This document shows, one piece after another, positions 55,505 through 64,000 of a DNA stretch of 64,000 nt. Every line of letters begins with the position of its first letter. The stretch's first letter is position 1. Under the pieces are notes generated by a model. It saw only the letters and a program-made list of their open reading frames with translations, had not been told where the DNA came from and made no database searches. The stretch lies in NCBI RefSeq assembly GCF_009914755.1, contig NC_060932.1; one strand, written 5' to 3'. Source of the stretch: the human T2T-CHM13v2.0 reference genome, Homo sapiens. A program made the translations under genes and the position numbers.

Positions 55505-56022
55505 CAGCTTCCCAATAAGATCTCAAGAGTTAAGCGAGTGGGCTCAAGAACGCGTATTAAGGGGCAAAATGGCAGAGTTTAACTGGTATATGACCTTCCA
55601 GGAAAATTCAACTGGGAAGGGAGGAATGCCTCAAGTGAGCATGCATATGACTCCAGTAAACACACCGCACATGCTCCCCTCCCAAGTGCTAGCAGGCCAG
55701 TGTGCATGCAGACAGCCCACTCCAAGGGAAGAATCACAGGAGAGGGAACACAAGACCCGGAAGCATGCCGACATATAAAACCCCAAGTCAAAGGTCAAAC
55801 AGTGCACTTGGTCTCTCAAGCTGCCTGCTTGGCCCCTTCTAAGTGCACTTTACTTTTTTTTTTCCATTCCTGCTCTAAAGCTTTCTAATAAACTTTCAAT
55901 CCTGCTGTAAAACTTGTCTCAGTCTCTCCTTCTGCCTTATGTCCCTCAGTTGAATTCTTTCTTCCGAGGAGGCAAGAGTTGAGGTTGCTGCAGAGCTATA
56001 CCCATATGGATTTGTTGCAACA
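55505..56022 (+). mobile_element. MER50-like LTR, 5'-truncated, in opposite orientation
   Basis: Reverse-complement match to about 54481-54972. TATA (tataaaa at ~55774), AATAAA (~55887) and terminal ...aaca. Confidence 0.88.
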
Positions 56023-56409
56023 GTGGTTTCAGAATTATTAACCCCTACCCCCATGGGAAACAACTTCAGCAGTTAGAGTCTAGTGTTTCTTTTTGCCTTT
56101 AGTCTTCCAGACTCTAGTCATTTTCAAAATTATTTATGTTAGCACATTCTTTTGCCACCCACTTCAGTGAGGTTGTTGCATCCATTTAGCCTGTCTGAAA
56201 AGACTACATATTATATGATTCCATTTAAATAACCTTCTGTAAAAGGCAGAACTTATAAAGTCTATAGAGACAGTAAAGAGCACAATCATTGTCAATTAGA
56301 TTCTTTATCATATTCTACATTCCATTCTGAGAACTCCTGACCTCCTAAATGATTAGTTAGATATATATTTATATATATATACACACACTCACACACACAC
56401 ATACATATA

Positions 56410-57574
56410 TATAATGTGGAAAAATATACAAGCACACAATTTACCATCTTAGCCATTTTTAAGTATATAATTCAGCAGTATTAAATACATTTACAATGTT
56501 ATGTAACCACCAACCACCTCCACCATTTGTAAACCAAGTAGTATCTGAGACAGTTCTCAATCAATTTAGAAGTTTATTTTGCCAAGGTTAAGGACATGCC
56601 CAGCGGAAACGAACATGGCATCACAAAAAAATGGTCTATGGTCTGTGCTTTTCTCCAGAGGATTCTGTGGGCTTCAATATTTAAAGGGGAAAAGCAGGCT
56701 AGGGGAGGAAGAGGGAGGATGTGGTAATCCACATGTAGCAGGGGAATAGGAGCAGGTAGGGGAATTATTAACTATGTATTCCTCTTGCTCTCAGTATATC
56801 AGCACTTTACATAAGATAAGGTAAAAATAGAGTGGCTACCTGTGGAGATATTTCACCTTCATCTGTAGGTATCTGCTTAGGAACAAAAGGAAAGGCAGTT
56901 TCTTGCATGACTCAGTTTTCAGCTTATTTCTTTTCCTTTTGGCTTATTGTATTGAGGTCCCAAATTTTTATTTTTCTTTCACACATATGTCTCCATAACT
57001 TTTTTCAACTTGTAAAACTGAAACTCTATACTCATTAGATAATAACTGCCGTTCCTCACTTCCTCTAGCCCTTGGAAACCATCATTCTACTTTATGTCTC
57101 TGTGATTTTGACTAAGTATTTCATGTCAGTGGAATCATACAGTATTTGCCATTTTGAGACTGGCTTATTTTATTTAGCATAATGTCCTCAAGGCTCATCC
57201 ATGTTGTTACATTTTTGGAATTTCCTTCCTTTATAAGGTTCAATAATATTTTATTGTATTTATATACTACATTTTGTTTATCCATTCATCCACTGATGGA
57301 CACTTGGTTATCCATTATAGTTACTCTGAATAATGCTGCTATAAATATCAGTGTAAACATATGTCTTTGAGATCTTGCTTTCAATGTTTATTTGCATGTA
57401 TACCCCAAAATGGAATTGTTGGACCATATGGTAATTCTATTTTTAATATTTTGAGGAAACATCACACTGCTTTTTGTAGTGGCTATACCATTTTACATTC
57501 CCAGCAACAGAGCACAAGTGTTGCAATTCCTACATATGCTTGCCAAAACTTATTTTCTGTGTGTGTATGTAGGT

Positions 57575-57613
<39 letters not shown>

Positions 57614-58375
57614 ATAGTAGTCATCCTAACGGATGTGAGGTGCTCTCTCATTGTAGTTTTGATTTGCATTTTCTTAATGATAAGTGATGTTGAACATGTT
57701 TTCATGTGCTTATTGGACATTTGTACACCTTCTTTGGAGAGATGTCTATACACATCCTTTGCCCGTTTTTGAATCAGATATTTGTTTTTGTTGAGTTTTA
57801 GGAGTTCTCTATATATTCTGGATATTAACACTTATCAGATATATGATTTGCAAATGTTTTCTCCCATTTTGTGGGTTTCTGTTTTATTCTGTTGATAGAG
57901 TCTTTAGATGCACAGATTTTTAAAGTTTTCACGAAGCCCAATTTGTTTAGTTTTTGGTGCCCATGCTTTTCATGTCATATTAAAAATAGCACTGCCTAAT
58001 CTGATGTTATGATGCTTTTGCTCCATGTTTTCTTCTAAGAGTTTTATAGTTTCAGGTCTCATATTTAGATCTTTGAACCATTTTGATTAATTTTTGTATA
58101 TGGTGTTAGGTAAGGGTCCAACTTCATTCATTTGCTTGTGGATATACAATTTTCCCTGCACCATTTGTTGAAAAGACTGTCCTTTCCTTCATTGAATGGT
58201 CTTGTACACTTGTCAAAAATCATGTGACCATGTATGTATGGGTTCATTTCTGGGCTATTTTATCTATTGGTCTATATATCTTTTTATGCCAGTACCACAC
58301 TGCTTTGATTACTATAGCTTTTTAATAAGTTTTGAAATCAGGAAGTATGAATCCTTCAGCTTTGTTCTTCTCAAG
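56410..58375 (-). mobile_element. L1MB-type 3' region and ORF2 C-terminus, interrupted by an LTR
   Basis: ORF 57550-57831 (LISRIYRELLKLN...[20 protein letters not shown]). (GT)n at about 57579-57610. Confidence 0.9.
56528..56983 (-). mobile_element. MER4-group ERV1 solo LTR
   Basis: tgtaaacc...tctcaatcaatttagaagtttattttgccaaggttaaggac...tttcaca. 4-bp TSD catt/cata. Confidence 0.85.
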
Positions 58376-61216
58376 ACCTCTGGTCACATAGAGGTTTTTT
58401 TCTCCCATATCTCTGAACAGCACTAAATTGTTTTCCTAATGTTATTAGCAATTTAACTCTTTCCCCCAAACCTGAATACATTACTCAGCATACAACACAG
58501 GGCTCTTTAACATTTCAGGCCCCACCCAAACAGCTTTTCAGACTTTACCATCCAGTCACCTATATCATTCTTCTTCATGGTCCTGGTTAACAGTCCCCTT
58601 TCCCAACATCATCATTTCACATCTCTTTACACGATCATTTAGGGTGTGAACTGTATCTTTAGCTGTGTAATCTGCAACAGTGCTGTGCCTAACTCTTAGT
58701 AGATATTCAATAAATATTAATTGAATGGAACAATAAGTGATTTGGTATAATGTAAAAGCCAGATAGCAGACTAACCAACATAACCTAAAATACATTCTAT
58801 ATTCTATCCGCTTGGCTAATATAATTGTTTCCTATGTACTCTTTGTTATTTTTAAATATTTGAAAGCTACTTGCAAGAAAAATGGACTGAAATCTGAGAT
58901 ACATTCAATTAATGTGGAACATATGGTGTTTATAGAAGCATTATCAAATAGTATCATGCTAGTGAATCTTGATCATGTATGTCAGAGGATTTCAGTATTA
59001 GCCCAGAACATCAGCATTACTACAAACAGCTGAACTATATTGTATGAAATTAATTTCCTCATGAAATATGGCATGGCCAGGATTTTGGGAGTTGGCTAGC
59101 TAGATTAGAAATGTTATCATCCGTATTATTGGTAAAAGGAGATGATGTGGCTGTTTATTAAGTAATTAGCTTTAAAAATCCTTGACATTGATATCAAATT
59201 TAAATACTGGGTCTCCAAGCACAATATTCCAGGAGAGCCCCATTTCACCTACTTCAGTTTGAAGATAAACATGGTTCAATCTGTGGGCCCCTCTTGCAAA
59301 GCCTGTGTTGCTTGTGTACTTGCTACCTTTGAGCTGTGTACACCAGCATCTGTATGCCAGATTCCTAATGTCAGTGTGAATTAGCTATTAAAATTTGAGT
59401 GGTGGGAAAGAGGGAGTTCTTAAATCTCTCCTCCCCATCCTCCACTAGTTCCCCTTCCTTTCCTACTTCTCTTCTTCCTCTTCCCTCTTAACATGTCTGC
59501 CATTGTCTTGGGTCTTGAAGAAGTTTGTCATTCAGAAGACAGAAATTTCTCCTCAGTTAAACCTCATATGTTTTTAATCATCCTTCATATGCCCAGTGGT
59601 TTGTATCAGAAATTAGGTCTTTAAGGAACTTGACCTTTCAGAGTCAAGAACTCTCCATGTTAAAGATTTATCTTTTGGTAGGAGGATTTTTTTAAAAGTA
59701 TAATAATGTATACAAGTAGAATGTTACAATAATATTTTGAGTCTTTAGACATTTTAAGAGAGGATAATTCATCTTTTCTCATTTGTGTTGCAAGGTAGGT
59801 TCCCATGTTTTTTAATACTTGAAATGGTTGAATTCTTTTTATATCTTGAACTTCTTCTGGACTCTTTTGTTTGTAACTGTTAAATTGTGGAAATGACAAA
59901 GAAGCTGCTACTAGAAGATGGTGGTTTAGCTTGAAGTGGTATGGTAGGTGACACTTAAGGTTAGGTAACCTTTTTTTCCCAGGCAGGGCAAATCATTTAA
60001 CCCTCTCAGTAGGCACTGGAATTTAGGAAACAAGTGGAAAACAGAAGGTAAAATGATGATGGTCTATACAAGGCCTCAAGATTACTTGGCATACTGATGC
60101 AAACTTTCCAACATTCCAAGTATGCATAAATTCCATGTATGCACACTGGTTTTGCCACTTCAAAGATTTGGATTACTTGTATTCTACATTTAGCTGAAAT
60201 GAAAATTCAACTCTGGTTTTCATCATACCTCAGTAATATGCTAATTTCATCCTCATGGCCTGTAAGAGTTAATGTCATAAGTTGGAACTAACTTACTAAT
60301 AGAGAAATACATGGGAATAATTGGTTCAATGTTTTTCATAGCTGATTGTGTTTTCAGGATGAAAACCAACTGACCACGAATCAAGAGCTGCCAAAAAAAA
60401 AAAAAAACACCATGTTCCACTTGTGCCCACACAATTGATTGCTTGGGTATTTCCCCCAGAACGTCTCTCTTTGACAAATACAGTCGCTAAAAAAATGTTA
60501 GTAGCAGAAGCTGCTGCTTTGGCGTCCTGAGTTTACTGTAACAGATTGCCTGATTTCCACATTGGCCCCCCATATTCTTTTCTTTATTATGTATTAAATA
60601 AAAGGTGGCTGCTAAACTGCAAACAATTTAAATACATTTCCTTCTTCATTACATTCTTTTAAGTTTTACAGAGTTAGAAAATGTAGTGTGGCCCTTCCTA
60701 CATTTTCGAAACTGGTGACTGGTTTTCCATACTAGGTAAATATGTGTGACACCCCCTGTTGTTCCTGCTACATCATAGGTTAAACATTTTACAGGTTTCG
60801 AATACCTTGCATGTATTATTTCACACTCACCTTACACAACTCTACAAAATAAGGCAAATATCACTCTAATAATTTATAGATGATAATGAGGCTTGGAGAA
60901 TTTCAGTAGGTTTTCTATCATCACAAACCTAGGATGTGGTAGAACCTGGGTCAGAATATAGGTTCAAATTTTCAGATTTGAGCCCATGAAAATCCACTGT
61001 AATTCAGGCTCAGAGCATTATTGCTTTTGGCCAAGGGGTTATTGTATTATGATCAGAATAAAGAAATAATATATTTTGCGATTTATGCTCTAGTGGTACC
61101 AGATATCACTTTATATTTCTCATTTTCATCACTGTGCCCTCTTGATAAAGGAGATCTCGTTGTTATCCTTCCCTCCGATTTCTTTAAGAGTTAATCTCAT
61201 TTGCCAACAATAGTTT

Positions 61217-61385
61217 CTTATTTTTATTATTTTTTTGAGACAGGGTCTCACTCTGTTGCCCAGGCTGGCCTGCAGTAGCGTGACCACAGCTTACTGCAAC
61301 CTCTGCCTCCTGGGCTCAGGCCATCCTTCCACCTCAGCCTTCTGAGTACCTGGGACTACAGGAACTCGCTGCCACACTCAACACT

Positions 61386-61426
<41 letters not shown>

Positions 61427-61540
61427 GAGACATGGTTTCACATGTTGCCCAGGCTTCTCTCAAATTTCTGGGCTCAAGTGATCCTCCTGCCTCGACCTCC
61501 CAAAGTGCTGGGATTACAGAAATGAGCCACTGTGCTGGGC
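61217..61540 (-). mobile_element. AluJ with T37 middle tract
   Basis: TSD ttgccaacaa(tagttt/gaattt) at 61201 and 61541. T-run at 61388-61424. Confidence 0.92.
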
Positions 61541-61805
61541 TTGCCAACAAGAATTTTAAGACTTGGTGTAAATATTATAATGAACACATTAAGAAGTTAT
61601 ATCAGCATGACCTCTTTTGTTTCCATTTTCTAGTGCTTATACTTGTGAATGTAATTTAACATTACTTTCAAAATAGTAAATTTTACTTTTTGCAGTTTCT
61701 GTGACTGAGTTTACACAGATGCATTATGCCAAAGTGTGGGCCATCTTCTCAAAGCTCTCTGGTAAAGGAAGAACATTAGTCATTGAAGTATCAGGAGTTA
61801 GAAGA

Positions 61806-61919
61806 GGCCAGGTATGGTGGCTCTCATCTGTAATCTCAGCACTTTGGGAGACCAGAGCAGGAGGATTGTTTGAGCCCAAGATTTTGAAACTAGCTTGGGC
61901 AACACAGTGAGACCCTGTC

Positions 61920-61955
<36 letters not shown>

Positions 61956-62115
61956 CCAGGCATTTGTCTGTAGTCACAGCTATTCAGGAGGCTAAAATGG
62001 GAGGATCACTTGAGCCTGGGGGGTGGAGGTTGCAGTGAGACATGGTCATGGCACTGTACTCCAGCCTGGGAGACAGAGTGAGACCTTATCTAAAAAAAAA
62101 GAAAAAGGAAAAAAG
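61806..62115 (+). mobile_element. AluJ with A32 middle tract
   Basis: J-type gaggatcacttgagcct. A-run at 61923-61954. Confidence 0.92.
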
Positions 62116-62386
62116 AGAAGAGTTTTGCTGCTTCCTGTCATTCCTGTCACCTTTTGCCCAGCAGAGTTCAATGCACAGCTTCTACATAGAGATGATGATT
62201 CTGCCTGGTCATGAAATGGTTTTGAGATGGAGGATGTTGCTATGAAAAGTAAGGAATGTTGAAGGACAATGATTTTTGTACTGATTTGTGGGCTTCTCAA
62301 CACATATGTCTCTACCCTATCTGTCTTTTGCGGTGCCACATATACAAATAAGTCCTAATGTATTCTTATTAAATATTAGCCCTTAA

Positions 62387-62513
62387 TAATTATGCCTAGT
62401 GTTCCACTATTGGAATGCTAAGCTTGTGGGAATTATTTATATCCTACTGCTCAAGGTCATCGCCAAGGTATGATTTTTCACAAAATAAATTTACAACCTC
62501 TGGCATAAATGGG
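62387..62513 (+). mobile_element. MER85 piggyBac (PGBD3-derived) MITE
   Basis: ttaa|..ttatgcctagtgttccactattggaatgctaag...ctgctcaaggtcatcgccaagg...ggcataaatggg|ttac. Right TIR intact, left TIR eroded, TTAA-type flanks. Confidence 0.92.
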
Positions 62514-63148
62514 TTACTTCTTGACCAAGTATCTGGTCAAAGAGTATGTTCCCATTTCTCAGAATCTGGGAGAATCTTGAGGAATGGCTTTCTTTCTTCA
62601 ACGGTTTTGAGGTTTTATGCCTACTGGGTATAAAGTAGTGAATCATGTCTTTTCCTTTTTAAAATTTTAAATTACAGATATAGCAAGGCAAATTCAATTT
62701 TTCTTCCACATAGACCCATACATTAAACTGATTTGAGTGTATTTCCCTTTTTTGAAACATGTAGGATTAGGAAAAGAGAAAAGTCTAAATTTAGAAAAAA
62801 TACTGTGTTAATTTTAACTGAGATACTCACATTGTACCTAATAACGTTTTCTAGAACTTAAACTATAATAAGATATATATATATATATATAAAATAAAAA
62901 TAAAAATAAACAAAAAAAATAAAATAAAATTAAATTAAAAAAAAAAGAAACCTTTGAAACCTCTTAGAACCTAACAATGTGCTCAGGGAAACCCAAGATA
63001 TTGTATATATACAATGTAACAAACTTGTTACATGTCAGTTCTCTATGATTCTATCAAATGAAAATGAGAATGTGTCAAATATTAAGCCCTCTGGGAACTT
63101 TGGGGAGTTTCATCTGAAGTTCATCTCACTTCTCCCTTCTCCTCTTAG

Positions 63149-63313
63149 GTGGCCATGTTTGTGCTGCAACTGGGCAGTGCCACATTTGTGGTCACAGAGC
63201 CTGTGATCAGCGCAATGACAACTGGGGCTGCCACCCATGTGGTGACTTCACAAGTCAAATATCTCTTGGGAATGAAAATGCCATATATATCCGGACCACT
63301 TGGATTCTTTTAT
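63149..63313 (+). CDS. SLC26A7: SLC26A7 internal coding exon (165 bp, phase 0 to 0), [55 protein letters not shown]
   Basis: Strong pyrimidine tract with tAG acceptor and GTGAGT donor. The peptide is the SLC26 'LG....EP.I..(F/M)TTGAA..V..SQ.K..LG' segment. Confidence 0.96.
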
Positions 63314-64000
63314 GTGAGTTTTTCGTATGCTTTCATACATATCTTTTGAATGTGCAGGTTTCACAAAGTAGAATTTGATTAATTATAGTACTGAGATTTT
63401 TCTGTATTAAAGCAACTTGGGTTTAAATAAAATCTTATAGGATATTTTGAGTGTGACTTAAGGTATGCAACTAATTTAGTGAGTAATTTCTACTAATTTT
63501 GGAAATGATTCCTTGTAATGAACAATGGAATATGAGCTAATTTGGGGGCATAATTAGAAAAAAAAAACCTGAATTTTTTGTGAGCCAGGTATTGTTGCCA
63601 GCTTCTAATGGAAGTCATCCACTGGGATTATGGCCAAGTTTAACAATAGTGCACTCCCCCACATTCTTTCAGTATTACAAATCCTGGGGTGGATTAAATC
63701 AGAGGCCTGGTTGAAATTGGTGGCTGAAGCCTCAGTAGCAGACAATCAGCTATTAAAAACCACCTGAACCCAAGAAAGAGAGTAGCACCTGGCCATTTGC
63801 AACATATTTTTCTAACAACACTTTTTTGTTCTTGGGTTTGTTTTCGAAGTGGACCTAAAATCTATAACCGCTCAAGAACTCAGATCCTATTAGAGGTTTA
63901 TTTTTTAAAAAGCCTTGTTAATGAATTTGCTGACAACCAAACTTTGTTTTGTTTAACTTTATGCATTGCTGTATACTAAATAACATTAATTTTTTGTTTC

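Noticed and set aside
53222-57040. Shared 29-mer cttgtaaaactgaaactctatactcatta at ~53357 and ~57009
   Set aside because: Both lie in L1MB-type 3' ends and the surrounding sequence is well diverged. Family homology explains it.

Overview
Human (primate) genomic DNA, AT-rich and dense in repeats. The window lies inside SLC26A7, an SLC26/SulP anion exchanger/channel gene on the + strand. Three internal coding exons are present: 34073-34183, 40468-40640 and 63149-63313. All have AG/GT boundaries and their phases join into one reading frame. The rest is intron, filled with L1, Alu, MIR, L2, MaLR/ERV1 LTRs and DNA transposons, including a piggyBac-derived MER85. Nearly all ORFs in the supplied track are spurious or come from repeats. 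I see no new protein-coding system. The most unusual signals are structural. (1) A ~225-bp, ~95%-identical inverted copy of nearby sequence is inserted into an old L1. (2) A ~130-bp direct duplication brackets ~1 kb. (3) A MER50 relic has two LTR 3' ends facing outward and is surrounded by small template-switch patchworks. (4) A 27-bp minisatellite rich in E-box/M-box motifs arose inside an MLT1 LTR. (5) An Alu carries Ya5-lineage diagnostic bases. Repeat subfamily names come from my recall of consensus sequences, not from a search, and the boundaries of old repeats are approximate.
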